A DNA stretch of 64,000 nucleotides, taken from positions 186,001-250,000 of the forward strand of contig JAANOX010000087.1 in assembly GCA_020184695.1 (NCBI GenBank), read 5' to 3'. Shown one piece after another: positions 10,696 through 22,329 of the stretch (position 1 is the stretch's first letter; each line of letters begins with the position of its first letter). Under the pieces are notes generated by a model. The model did no database searches. It was not told the origin of the DNA and saw nothing but the letters and a program-made list of their open reading frames with translations. Made by a program: the position numbers and the translations under genes. This stretch comes from Histomonas meleagridis 2922-C6/04-290x (taxonomy: Eukaryota; Protista; Parabasalia).

Positions 10696-13600
10696 ATGGA
10701 TCCACTTGAAGAAATAATAATACATTTTAACCAAATGTTGGAAAAGCACCCAGTGACGGAAAGTAATGTTATGGCAACCAAAGAAGTGGATGCTGAAAGC
10801 TATTTAGAAAAACATTTTTCCAAAGTATTACTTGTTATAAAACATTTTAGCAGGAAAAGAATTGATAGCATTTTGCTACTATTTTTGACGCAAGCAGAAA
10901 ATATTCTAAAGAACAACGCGGGAAAAGATTGGAGATTCCAAAATTTATTTTCACTTTCTTTATACTATTTATTGGCGAAACAATCTTGTCAGTATTATAA
11001 TGATCAAAATATACAAGCTGATCCTACAGATGATTCTATAAATCGTTTAATAATTAACCAATCACTTACAATTTTTGGAAGTGAATTTTCAGGATATGCA
11101 AAATATATTCGTAAGTTCTTCAAATCATTTCTTGTTACTGTTGGATCTATGTCTAATGAATTATATCGAGCTTTTTGTTCTAGTTTAATTTCAACAATAG
11201 CCACAAAAACATTCTCCACTCATCTAATCCCCATCAAATATCTTGCAGGAAGAGTTGACAGAATTGAACCTCTTATTGAAGAATTACTTCAAATTACTCA
11301 ACCAATTATTAAAAAAAAGCAAAAAGATTTCTGTGAAATTTTACGTGATTCCATACTTTTTTCATGTAAAAATGATACTCCAAGTTTTATACAATTTTTA
11401 GACAAACATAATAATATTGAAGGAGCATCACATTTTTTTACAATTGTTGATGATTGGAGTAAAGAATCCAAGGAAATCAAAACATCATTTTTATCCACAC
11501 AAATGGCATTACTAATTTTACAACCAGCAAGAATCAGTGGATGCCAAGATCCATTTTTAGATAAACTATTGAAAATTAACGAACTCAAGGGCACCCCAAA
11601 GGATGCATTATATACTACGATATTATATGGCTTAAAATTCTTATCATTATCACATAATCATCATGTATTAAATGAATTTATGAGTCAATTTTATAGTATA
11701 ACGACCAATTATTATATTCAAGGTAAACATTCAATTTTTGGGAATTCATTATCATCCATTGATTTTCCTACATGTGTTTATTATTATAATCGCGCATTTT
11801 TTTCGGAAAAAATAATACCAATTTTAACCACGAATAAAACAGAAGGCATTATATGTTTTTGTAAAATTGTATATAATTTATTACGTCAAATTTCACAAAT
11901 ATCAAAAGTACAAATACCACATTTAACTATTGAAGATTTACAAATATTTGTACCAATAATTATAACAATCTTTGAAAAAGCAGTAACAGATCAACAATGT
12001 TCCACATATTTTTTATATTTGTTAAAAGGGTTTCAACTTTATCCATTATTTTTTAATCATTTAATATTTACACAAGAGAATATATTAAATAATTTAACAA
12101 AAATCATATCAAAACATATTGATTTTCCAGCTCAACATTTGTTTATAGGCTTTTTTGAGAATTCTTCATTTGATATTACTGATCATAATGAATCATTATG
12201 GGAATCGATTAAATTTATTATTGATTTCTTAATGGATTATTATAATTCTATAGGCTTATATAAGCCATCACAATTTTCTAATTCTGTTCCAAAGATATTT
12301 TTAAGTGCTGCTAATTTCTTACATACATTTTTCCAATTACCTAATTCGAGGAATATTCCAGAAAATAGTTTACCAAATATATATTCAATTGTATCAAATT
12401 TAGAAGCAATTTCATTATTATTTTTCGGCCCTTCTAAAAAACGAATTCGTAACATCGGTAAAATTATATTATCTAATTTAATTGAAATTGTAGATACGAA
12501 TTTACCTGATTTAATATTTCCTGTCGAAAATTATCAATCATTAATAGCAGAAGTACGAAAAATTCGTACATTAACTACAGGTCATCAATGTATTCGTAAT
12601 TCATTAAGATTATTACCAACAATTTCCGATGGAATTAAAATCGCTTATAATTATATATTTAAATATTTCATATCATTAACATATAATATTAATTCTTCAT
12701 TAATAGATGAAGAAATGAAACCAAAGAAAAATATTCCTTTAACTAAAGAACAAGTTACTAATGAATGGATTGGTATTTCTAGTGTATTATATTCATTAAT
12801 AGCTGTAGAAAAAACGAAACTTTATTCAGTTACTAAAAGTATTATTAGTGATTCTGGTGATTTAACTCAAATTTTAGTATCTATGATACCTATCTCTTTA
12901 CATATTAATCATTTTATGCCTTTTGTTACATATTTATCTTCATGGGTATATTTAATACGTAATGAGCAAGGTTTAAATGAACAAGAAAAAGAAAATTTAA
13001 TTATCTTTAAAAACATAATGAAAATTTTTAAAGGAATTTTAACACAAAAACTTTGGGAACCTCAAATGATTAAATTACAAACATTTTCTGATTTTTCATT
13101 AAATTTAATGATATTTTCTGATATGGTTACAGGTGAAGAATTCCGATTATTATATTCACAATGTTTAATAGCATTATATAATTTATTAAAAGAAAATGAT
13201 TTATATTTATCACCAAATGTACGTAATAATATATCAAAAACTTTAATTGGTTGGTTACCAAGTTCAAATGAACATTCTAAACAATATGTAACTACTGTAC
13301 AAAATGCTTTAGCTTCAATGTTAGATAACTTAAATTTATTTGATTGTATTGATAATTCTTTACCTACACCAGCTAAAGAACAAGCGAGTTCTTTATTTAT
13401 GTTTTATTTCGCAGCAATTAAATCACGTTTAGATTCAATAAATGATCAAAATGTTATAGAACTTGTACCAGTATTAGCAAGTTTATTAAAGCAAAATATG
13501 GATATAGGTATGGAACATTGTTTATCAATGGGATTTGCAGAAAAGGATAAAGTTAGAGCAGTATTTATGAGTGCTTTAGCTTCTGTCTTTAAAGTCCCAG

Positions 13601-16600
13601 AAGCTAAAATAGTTGAAGCAGATAAATATCAAAATTTAGATTTAATTGATATATTATTTGATAATGGATTCGAAATAATTGAATTTGTTTCTAGTTTAAT
13701 ACCATTTTCTAGAGCAGAAATATTTGCTAATGCATTATTAGATGCTTCGATTTATAAGAAATGTCAAGATAGACTTATAACTAAAATGATAGAAATCGAA
13801 TTAAAAAATGTCGAAGAATCTACAAAAACTACATTATTTAGAGGTAATAGTGTACCTGCTAAAGTTGTAAGTTTATATCCTCGAATTGTAGGTACTGAAT
13901 GGATGAAGAATTTATTAAAACCGATTTTTAATAATATAATTAAATCGTGTAATGAAGGTAAACATTATACAATTGAAAAAAGAAAACTTTCACCTAATGA
14001 AGACATTGAAGAAAATCGAATTAATTTCAGGAATTTAATCAATGAAATTATTGATTCAATAGATCAATATACTAAAGATTTACCAATTGGAATTATTGAT
14101 GAAATACAATTAATATATAAAATGGTGTTTGAAAAATATGGAAATTTTGTTTTCCAAATATTAAATGGGTTTTTCTTTTTACGATTTTTATTACCTACAT
14201 TTACTAATCCTAAATTTATAGGTTTTACTGACGATTTATCAAAACAAGTACAAAACACATTATTAGATACTTCTTCGTTTTTAATGGCTTCTACATTAAA
14301 AGGTGATATAGGTGAACGAGGTCAAGATTATCAATGTTTTAATGATTTAGCACAACAAGTACATAAAACATTTTCACAAATGTTCGAACGAATTATTAAT
14401 ATTGATTTAATTGAAACAACACAAAATATTCAAGTGAATGAAATAACTGTACGGAAAACTTTACATGCAGAACTTTGGCCTGTACAACAACAATTAATTA
14501 AAGCAGTAAATGAAATGAAAGATGAAACAATCATAAAAAATAATATCGAAGGATTATTAAGTAAAATCCAATCGATGGGTCAACCTAAGACTACAATTCG
14601 ACCACGATGTAATACTATGGCTAATATTAAAGATCCACAATCGAATAAATTAACAAATCTTTTAAACATGAGTTTCACAGAAGATCAATTAGAACAAGTT
14701 TCCGGATTTTTCATACCTGAAAGTCATAATGCTAATGATGGGTCATTAATATATTATTTATATACTTCAAAAATTGGTAATATTACTAATACTATGATTA
14801 TACCTTATGTAATTTTAAACGCTTTAAATGAAATATCTGATGATAAAGTTACTATTGTCGTATTTTTAGATTCTTTCGATGAAAATAAATTCCCTACTGC
14901 ACAATTATTAAGAAGTTTTGTCGAAATGAAACCTGCATTAAAGATTACTCGTTATATATTCTTTGAACCTAATCAAACATTTTCGAATTTCGTATCACGA
15001 AATCAATCATTATTTGATCAACAATATCGATTTTTCTTTATAAATGACTTAATAGAATTTAATGAAATTTTAGGTCCACCTTCAGAACATATACCAATTT
15101 CTACAATCGAATCATTAACTAAACCAAATACAATTTATAAAGCAATTGTTAATGGACAAAAAACTAATGTCCAATTACATCAAAAGTCAATACAATTTGT
15201 TAGTGAAATTAAGAAATATAAAACATTTGAATTCGCAACTATAAAAGTTTTAATGACAAGAGATATAGAGAAATATACTCGACCACATGAATATAAACAA
15301 GATTTAAAAGAATTTGTTGTAAGCACATCTAAAAATGTATATACGTTTTTATCACCATCAAATTCTACATTATATGAAGCTATAATTAATGTTACACAAA
15401 GAAGTTTAACTTTAGATAATCTTAAAGATAAAGTTAAAATCGATTCTTCGACATTACAATGGTTAATGTTAAATATGTCATTCTTAAGTATGATTAATGA
15501 TCATGTATCAAGTCATTTAAAAAAAGCAGCAATTGATTTAATTCAAGCTGTTTATACATCATTTTCTTTTAAACATAATTTTAAGGTATTAAAAGCACCG
15601 AAAGAATTAGTTCCGGAAAATTTATTAGGTTATGTTAAATCTTTATCTTATGATGTGGCGAATAATAATCCGAATTGTTATTATGAGTTTTTAGTTGAGT
15701 ATTTTAATATTTTCGAATATATCGAAGAAAGAGTTAAACCAATTTCTTTCATATATTTAGAGCCTTGGATTAAAAATTGGGTTAATAACATAAATTCACA
15801 TGTTGAATTCATTGATAATTTTATTGATATTTATAAAACTTTACCAAATAATTCATCAATATTTTCGAATATTATTTGGCATCAATTTTCTTGTAATGAG
15901 AAAGCTATTGAGTTATTATTCGAAAATATATTTAATCGTAATGATGAAACATTAATAGAAATTGTGATAATTTTAGCAATAAATAATAAGAAATTAGTAA
16001 CTAAAATATGGTTAAATATATTACAAAAATGTTATGAAACTTTTAATGATAAAATTTTATATGTTTCGAATATAATTTCTTCATTGTTAGCAAATCATTC
16101 ATTTAATAATGAAGATTTGAACATATTAATATATTGTTTAACTAATATTCGAATGATATATCAAACACATATTTTAACTAATCTAAAAAGTTTATTCTCA
16201 AATGTATTACATTCATTAATATTAAACTCGAAACAAAATGTTGAAATTGATTTTCCAAAAGTATTTGAAATATTTATAAATAATGATATATCTCAATCTA
16301 AAACTATTGCTATATTACTTAAAAATTTAATAAATGATAAAGAAATATTATTCAAAAAACATATGGAAAACATTGATAATACACAAGACATATTACAAAT
16401 TTGTAATTCTTTAATTTTCGCTGCTGCTTTTAGTACTGAGTTAGAAAATGAGAAAATTATTAACAAGTCGATAAAAATAATTAAAGACTTTAAAGAAGAA
16501 ATAATTTTAGTATCCGTATGTGAAGCATTAAGTTTAATTGATATAAAGAATGAGGAAATTGCATGTAAATTATATTTTTTAAGTATTTTAATTCTTTTTA

Positions 16601-17226
16601 AGTTAAAAAACCCTTCAACATTAAATTTGATTGTTTCTTCTTTTAATTACATAAAAGATAAATCAAATATTAATAAATATATTTCAAATGATATTATTGA
16701 TGTTATTAATGATCAATCTAAACTTGATTTTAATGAAAACAATTTTTATTCAATATTAATATTATTCGGAGCTTATATTAACTCAATTGATATGTTTTCA
16801 TCTTTAGAAAAATTTGTTAAAAATGAAAACGAAAATATTACAAAAGTTTTCTCTTTGTTGTTTAAAGATAAATTAAACGAAAATGAAGAAAATATAATTT
16901 ATGACTTCAAGAATAACAATGGTAATGTCGCTGTTGCTTTATTACTTTTGTTAAGATTCGCTCCTAAATCAGCTTTGAAAAGTTATTTGTTAAATTGGAT
17001 TAATAAAGATAGTGCACCATTTCGTTGCTTCGATGTTAGTGAACAAAACTTAAATATGTTGACAAATATAAATAGTCCGTATTTCGTTGCAACGATAATA
17101 AGTGCTCAAACAGGTAAAAGATCAAATTATAAAGTATCTCCTTTGTTAATGGCTGCGTTAGAAGGTAAAACGTTCGGTATTAGCGAAGGTGTATTCAATG
17201 AATTAATTAATAAAATTTGCAATTAA
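10696..17226 (+). CDS. Neurofibromin-like RasGAP (~2,176 aa)
   Basis: TLFRGNS and LNGFFFLRFLLPTFTNP RasGAP motifs in a long HEAT-like scaffold, followed by a Sec14/PH-like region. First ATG at 10696. Confidence 0.8.
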   Translation: MDPLEEIIIHFNQMLEKHPVTESNVMATKEVDAESYLEKHFSKVLLVIKHFSRKRIDSILLLFLTQAENILKNNAGKDWRFQNLFSLSLYYLLAKQSCQYYNDQNIQADPTDDSINRLIINQSLTIFGSEFSGYAKYIRKFFKSFLVTVGSMSNELYRAFCSSLISTIATKTFSTHLIPIKYLAGRVDRIEPLIEELLQITQPIIKKKQKDFCEILRDSILFSCKNDTPSFIQFLDKHNNIEGASHFFTIVDDWSKESKEIKTSFLSTQMALLILQPARISGCQDPFLDKLLKINELKGTPKDALYTTILYGLKFLSLSHNHHVLNEFMSQFYSITTNYYIQGKHSIFGNSLSSIDFPTCVYYYNRAFFSEKIIPILTTNKTEGIICFCKIVYNLLRQISQISKVQIPHLTIEDLQIFVPIIITIFEKAVTDQQCSTYFLYLLKGFQLYPLFFNHLIFTQENILNNLTKIISKHIDFPAQHLFIGFFENSSFDITDHNESLWESIKFIIDFLMDYYNSIGLYKPSQFSNSVPKIFLSAANFLHTFFQLPNSRNIPENSLPNIYSIVSNLEAISLLFFGPSKKRIRNIGKIILSNLIEIVDTNLPDLIFPVENYQSLIAEVRKIRTLTTGHQCIRNSLRLLPTISDGIKIAYNYIFKYFISLTYNINSSLIDEEMKPKKNIPLTKEQVTNEWIGISSVLYSLIAVEKTKLYSVTKSIISDSGDLTQILVSMIPISLHINHFMPFVTYLSSWVYLIRNEQGLNEQEKENLIIFKNIMKIFKGILTQKLWEPQMIKLQTFSDFSLNLMIFSDMVTGEEFRLLYSQCLIALYNLLKENDLYLSPNVRNNISKTLIGWLPSSNEHSKQYVTTVQNALASMLDNLNLFDCIDNSLPTPAKEQASSLFMFYFAAIKSRLDSINDQNVIELVPVLASLLKQNMDIGMEHCLSMGFAEKDKVRAVFMSALASVFKVPEAKIVEADKYQNLDLIDILFDNGFEIIEFVSSLIPFSRAEIFANALLDASIYKKCQDRLITKMIEIELKNVEESTKTTLFRGNSVPAKVVSLYPRIVGTEWMKNLLKPIFNNIIKSCNEGKHYTIEKRKLSPNEDIEENRINFRNLINEIIDSIDQYTKDLPIGIIDEIQLIYKMVFEKYGNFVFQILNGFFFLRFLLPTFTNPKFIGFTDDLSKQVQNTLLDTSSFLMASTLKGDIGERGQDYQCFNDLAQQVHKTFSQMFERIINIDLIETTQNIQVNEITVRKTLHAELWPVQQQLIKAVNEMKDETIIKNNIEGLLSKIQSMGQPKTTIRPRCNTMANIKDPQSNKLTNLLNMSFTEDQLEQVSGFFIPESHNANDGSLIYYLYTSKIGNITNTMIIPYVILNALNEISDDKVTIVVFLDSFDENKFPTAQLLRSFVEMKPALKITRYIFFEPNQTFSNFVSRNQSLFDQQYRFFFINDLIEFNEILGPPSEHIPISTIESLTKPNTIYKAIVNGQKTNVQLHQKSIQFVSEIKKYKTFEFATIKVLMTRDIEKYTRPHEYKQDLKEFVVSTSKNVYTFLSPSNSTLYEAIINVTQRSLTLDNLKDKVKIDSSTLQWLMLNMSFLSMINDHVSSHLKKAAIDLIQAVYTSFSFKHNFKVLKAPKELVPENLLGYVKSLSYDVANNNPNCYYEFLVEYFNIFEYIEERVKPISFIYLEPWIKNWVNNINSHVEFIDNFIDIYKTLPNNSSIFSNIIWHQFSCNEKAIELLFENIFNRNDETLIEIVIILAINNKKLVTKIWLNILQKCYETFNDKILYVSNIISSLLANHSFNNEDLNILIYCLTNIRMIYQTHILTNLKSLFSNVLHSLILNSKQNVEIDFPKVFEIFINNDISQSKTIAILLKNLINDKEILFKKHMENIDNTQDILQICNSLIFAAAFSTELENEKIINKSIKIIKDFKEEIILVSVCEALSLIDIKNEEIACKLYFLSILILFKLKNPSTLNLIVSSFNYIKDKSNINKYISNDIIDVINDQSKLDFNENNFYSILILFGAYINSIDMFSSLEKFVKNENENITKVFSLLFKDKLNENEENIIYDFKNNNGNVAVALLLLLRFAPKSALKSYLLNWINKDSAPFRCFDVSEQNLNMLTNINSPYFVATIISAQTGKRSNYKVSPLLMAALEGKTFGISEGVFNELINKICN

Positions 17227-17439
17227 GGGTTTTGTGTAATTTTTCAAAAAATTTTCGGAATGTGAAATGAAAAAATGTTTTCAATCAAAACACAAATGAC
17301 ATTTATTTTTGAATGAAACGAAAATTGACACAATGTTCCATACGATTAAAATGATGTCTAAAAGTGAGACATACTATTGACAGAGTTTGTTCGACTAAAA
17401 ATTGGACCCCCCTAAGTTGACCAAATTTATTAAATCTTA

Positions 17440-18135
17440 ATGGCCGATATCCTTGATAATAGCGATGATTTGTCATTTTCTCAAGTACCAACCAACCCTA
17501 TACCAACAGAAACAACACCGTTTTTAAGCAATCAGAATGAAAATCAACCCAAAAGTAATTCAAAGTTTTCTTTAGATTATTATAAAAATTTTTTCGATGT
17601 TACCACTCAAGACTTCGTAGATAGGATTTTTGCAGCAGCTAATCCAATGGGAACCAATTTCTTGGGATCATTAAATAAAAAAGATTTGTATGGTCCAATC
17701 TGGATAACAGCAACAGTATCATTTCTCACATTTGCATTTGGTACAATCAACATTTGGATTAAAGACAAATCTAATTTTACATATCATTTCTCATATCTTG
17801 TATGGACGTTTATCATATTATGTGCTTTTGTTTTTGGTTCACCATTTCTTATATGGTATCTTGACAAAGTTCATTCTCCACAAATAATCAAAATGATAAC
17901 ATTATTTGGATACTCCGTGATTTATTTAATCCCATCCTCTTTCATAGTCATCATTTTCAGATTTCGAGCAAACATAATTTTTTCAATTGGGTTTGCGCTG
18001 TTGGGTGGATACTCTATAGTAAACAAGATGAAAAACAGAGATCAAATAACAGTAAATGGGCCAAAATCTGATCTTGTGGCCGCAGCTTTGTATGTAGTTG
18101 CTCACGTTATTGTTCATTTAATATGTTTTGCCTAA
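17440..18135 (+). CDS. Yip1-domain protein (YIPF1/2-like)
   Basis: FFDVTTQDFVDRI, DLYGPIWITAT, five hydrophobic segments. Confidence 0.85.
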   Translation: MADILDNSDDLSFSQVPTNPIPTETTPFLSNQNENQPKSNSKFSLDYYKNFFDVTTQDFVDRIFAAANPMGTNFLGSLNKKDLYGPIWITATVSFLTFAFGTINIWIKDKSNFTYHFSYLVWTFIILCAFVFGSPFLIWYLDKVHSPQIIKMITLFGYSVIYLIPSSFIVIIFRFRANIIFSIGFALLGGYSIVNKMKNRDQITVNGPKSDLVAAALYVVAHVIVHLICFA

Positions 18136-18339
18136 ATGTCCAATTTATTTTTTGTTTTTTGCAAAATCAACTTTGAAATCGAAAAGTGACATATGATCAT
18201 ATATTTATGTTTTAAATGTGCTGCTCCGAGGTCTGTAGCTAGAATCTTTGATCGGTAGAGCCTTAAAGTTCATAACAATTTACTGTTACCATGTATGCGA
18301 TGTGTGGATCTTGAAATGAGATTTTCTAGTTCGCTGAGA

Positions 18340-19161
18340 TTTTTGCGTTGCAAGCTCTAGGCACTACAGCCTTCAAACCGTCAAATATTTGATTGAAAAA
18401 GTTGGCGCCGATAAAAATGCACTCGATTATTTCTGTAGCTCGCCATTTTATCATGCGTGCGAAAATGGATATTTTCGAATAGTTAATATCTTGCTAAAAG
18501 CAAATGTTAATGTACATCAGTATGAAGGTGCATCATATTCTCCTTTATTAGTAGCATGTAAAAACGGACATTTTGAAATCATAAATATTTGATTGAAAAA
18601 TGCCATGCAAATCCAAACACTTATAACACAGATGGTGAGGCGCCTTTGAAGTTTGCTTGCTTAATCAATAGATTCGACATTGAACAATGTTTAATCACCA
18701 ATGGCGCAGATCAATATTTGTCTGATCGAAATGATACGATTCCTTTACAATTCGCTTGCGAAGGGAAATGTCTCGAAATTGTTCAGTATTTAATTGACAT
18801 TGAAAAAGATAAGAATAAAAAGAATAAGCTTCTAATAAAAGCAGTAAAAATTGCTTGTTCAATTGGATGGCTTCAATTTTTGAAGCAAGTTTTTGAAAAA
18901 GAAAATATTAATATTCACGAAAATGGATTTACTTTTTTACATTTAGCTTGTTTGAGCAAAGATTTGTCAGTTGTTAAATATTTGGTTCTAAAAGGTTTGG
19001 ATAAAAATGCTGAAAATAATGAAGGAAAAACTATTTTGCATTTTGCTTATAATTCTCTTCCAATTATTGAATATCTTGTTGAAAATTTAGGTTTGGATGT
19101 TAATGTTGAAGATAATAAAGGAAATTCTCCTTTGAATTATGCTGCTAAGCATAGGGATTGA
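18340..19161 (+). pseudogene. Ankyrin-repeat gene with one frameshift and a decayed 5' end
   Basis: Uninterrupted ankyrin repeats (SPLLVACKNGH, TFLHLACLSK). Apparent 1-nt loss near 18585 (ATA AAT ATT TGA versus expected ATA AAA TAT TTG); stop codons upstream and no clear ATG. Confidence 0.65.
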
Positions 19162-20880
19162 TCCATTATTTTGGATAAAAAGCAATTTTACGGTTATTTA
19201 GACATAAACAAACCATGTGAAAAAAGATATTGTTTGACAAAGTCTGTTCCATTTTTCATTAAACCGATAGTAATCAAGAATTTAAACGTTCAAAAAAATC
19301 CCTTGTTCAGCAAAATACACTAAATTTCTGGGGATGCCGAGTATCTATTCATGTTGAACAAACGTAAAACCACTACTTTTGAATATGTCAGGTGCATGAT
19401 TTGAAAAATATTTTTCAAAATCACATGATCTCAATCTGGGTTCTTAATCCAATCTATACGTTTCTAAAATGTTCAACAACTTGAAGAATTTTGTATGTAA
19501 CAACACATTTATTCCTTTATGTTTGTAATGTACAATTGACATACATTTTTTCAAAGTATGATATATTCATTTTGATTCATTTTCTAGCAACAACAATAGT
19601 TAGAAACAGTATCGTTTTTATTATTTTATATTTTTTCACTCCAAAACTATTCTAATCTATTTATTTTTTTGAACACGTAAAACATTCTAAATTTTGAAGA
19701 AATGCATCTCATTAATTAAAGCTTTATTTTATATTAAAATAAATCAAGTTAAATCTTTTTCGAAACACAAATTCATGATGACGAAAAAACACAAAATCTT
19801 TTTTTGTTCAAGAAATTAAAGATAAAGAAAATAATTTATCGAACAATTCTAATTCTTTGTTAACACATTGTAGATGATTATTTTTATTCATTCGTTCACT
19901 TCAGTTCATAAAAAATTGTTGTCAAAACGGAGAGATTTGTTTAACTTTTATAAAACTTCCATTTTTATACAAACAGTCAAATGGAACGACATGAATTACA
20001 CATCAAATTTAAGCTCTAATTCAGCTCTATAGCACGTATTCATTATCTTATTTAAAAGTGGTCGCGCTGCATTATGAGCATTTCTTTTCTTGTTATCATT
20101 AAATGTTGCTTAAAAGGTTTTAAGGGCAAATTGAAAAACTCCGATAAAACAACAATTTTTTAATGTTTAACCGTGAAATTTTTAACTTTTGTATTGGCCG
20201 ATGCGTATTTGGTACGAGTCTTCAGCTATATTTCAGATTGAAGCATGAAAATCCTTCATTTACTTGTCGTTTCGAATCTAGCAAAGCAATATAGAACTGA
20301 CACAATGTTAAAGGCATCATTTTTCCCCCAAATAGAAATATTAAAGATATCAAACAACAACAACAGCAAAGAGCTGACTCATCCACACTATGCAGAAGTT
20401 CCAATTTTTCAAACTATGAGAAAAAACTTTAATATATTTATCAATAATTACAAAGTTTTGATAAACCATTTATTTTTAACCCACATGACTAACAGCAAAT
20501 GTGCATCATTAGGGCATGATAATTATGATAACAAGCTTAAATTTTTCAAATCAGATTTTCCAATTGTTACAAAAAGATACATTAAAACCAGGATAATTGT
20601 TAAAAAAGATATACCCCTGCAAGCCCTGGACAAATCTCACGGTTATGCATCTGTAATACGTTGGGGATTTTCATGCTTTTCCTTTATTCAAGAAGAGGGA
20701 ACATCCAAATTCAATGTTTTACTTCATTTAACCGTCTTTTTTTCAATGATATTTCCAGTTATTTATATCAAATTTTATCAGAAAAATACAATTTCAGTTC
20801 AGAAAATGTTAACGACCAAATATACATTGAAAATAAAAGATAAGAAAAAAACTGAAAATATTTTTGTTTATATTTTTGTA

Positions 20881-22062
20881 ATGTTTTTCATGAACTCTTA
20901 TCAAATATATAGTGAAGATAATTTAACAATTACAATCATAAATTCAAATGAATTTAATGAAATTTCTCAATATAAAAATATAGCAAAATTTATAATTATC
21001 AGTGAAAATATTTATGCAATTCCAGGTGATGCATTTTCAGAATGGCCTTCAGTCGTTTCAGTTAATTTTGGTAATTCAGTATCAAATATTGGAGGTAATG
21101 TGTTTTCGTCATGCTTAAGTTTAGAAACGATTATATTTGGAGAAAATGTTACAACGATTGGTGGTGGAGCATTTTCATTGTGTTCATCAATCAAAAACAT
21201 TAAAGTTCCAAATTCAGTATCAGCAATTGGAAATTATGCATTTTCATCATGTTTTAACTTAACGATATTAACACTTGGATATGGAATAAGAGAAATTGGA
21301 GTTTCAGCATTTGGGAATTGTTATAATCTTCAATGCATTTATTATTATGGAGATTCAGAACCAGATATTGGAGTAAATGCATTTTATAATGTATCAACAT
21401 GTGTTATCACATATCCAACATTCAAAGACAAACAATTTGGACAATTAGATGTTGTTATCGAATCCACAGAAGGAATATGCAAATCACTTCCAACACATTC
21501 ATTTAGTCAGTCGAATACACTCACACAGTCAAATTCGTTTAGTCAATCAAATACATTTTCTAATTCGAACACATTTACTGCATCACTTCAAAGTGATATT
21601 TCATTATCATTATCATTTTCATATACATTAACAGTTACATTATCAATTACACATTCATTAACTATTTATGAAACAAAAACGAAAACATTTTCATTATATA
21701 TAAATCATTCGACATTTTCATATATTGAAACAGAATTTATTTATTACAATTACACGATTGTTATTTATTCGACTTATTGTAATTATTATTCCAATTTCTT
21801 TACAATGTTTCATACTTCCAATGAAAATTCGCCAAATGGAATTACGACAAATGCTTTGATTGGAATTATTTGCGGATCATTTGCATTTGTTTTGATCATT
21901 GTTGGAATTGTTATATTTTTAGTGAGAAGTAATAATAAGAAAGAAAAATCGAATTCAAAGTTACAATTTAAGGACACGACAACGTCAAGTACAAAGCAAA
22001 TCGAAGAAGTAAATAGTTTAGTTGAAGATATTGCGAAAGAAGATGAAGACAATTGGCTATGA
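20881..22062 (+). CDS. BspA-like (TpLRR) type I surface protein
   Basis: TIGGGAFSLCSSIKNIKVPNSVSAIGNYAFSSC repeats, SQSNTF Ser/Thr repeats, TM helix and a cytosolic tail ending DNWL. The start codon is uncertain because the frame is open from 20245. Confidence 0.85.
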   Translation: MFFMNSYQIYSEDNLTITIINSNEFNEISQYKNIAKFIIISENIYAIPGDAFSEWPSVVSVNFGNSVSNIGGNVFSSCLSLETIIFGENVTTIGGGAFSLCSSIKNIKVPNSVSAIGNYAFSSCFNLTILTLGYGIREIGVSAFGNCYNLQCIYYYGDSEPDIGVNAFYNVSTCVITYPTFKDKQFGQLDVVIESTEGICKSLPTHSFSQSNTLTQSNSFSQSNTFSNSNTFTASLQSDISLSLSFSYTLTVTLSITHSLTIYETKTKTFSLYINHSTFSYIETEFIYYNYTIVIYSTYCNYYSNFFTMFHTSNENSPNGITTNALIGIICGSFAFVLIIVGIVIFLVRSNNKKEKSNSKLQFKDTTTSSTKQIEEVNSLVEDIAKEDEDNWL

Positions 22063-22329
22063 ATAAAATGTGTAATAATAAACATTTTTTAATTTAATTT
22101 TTATATGAAATTATTTTGTTGTTGTATAAAATAAAATGAAATCATATTAACGATAATATCGTTTTGACTTTTTAATGATTTTAATTTTTTTATATATATA
22201 TTTTAAATTTTGATATATAAAAATTACTGACTTTTAATATAACAAAATTAGTATTGTTGAACAACAAAAAATAATTTTGGGTTATAAATACATTAACATT
22301 AAATGATGAACGATTAAATAAAATTGGAC

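Noticed and set aside
18222-18300. tRNA-like GGTCTGTAGCTAGAATCTTTGATCGGTAGAGC
   Set aside because: It resembles an A-box, but there is no anticodon arm, T-arm/B-box or acceptor stem pairing.
20222-20404. Possible Merlin/ISXO2 transposase remnant (VDES...FLFGG)
   Set aside because: Two short motifs only, with no TIRs or other catalytic residues.
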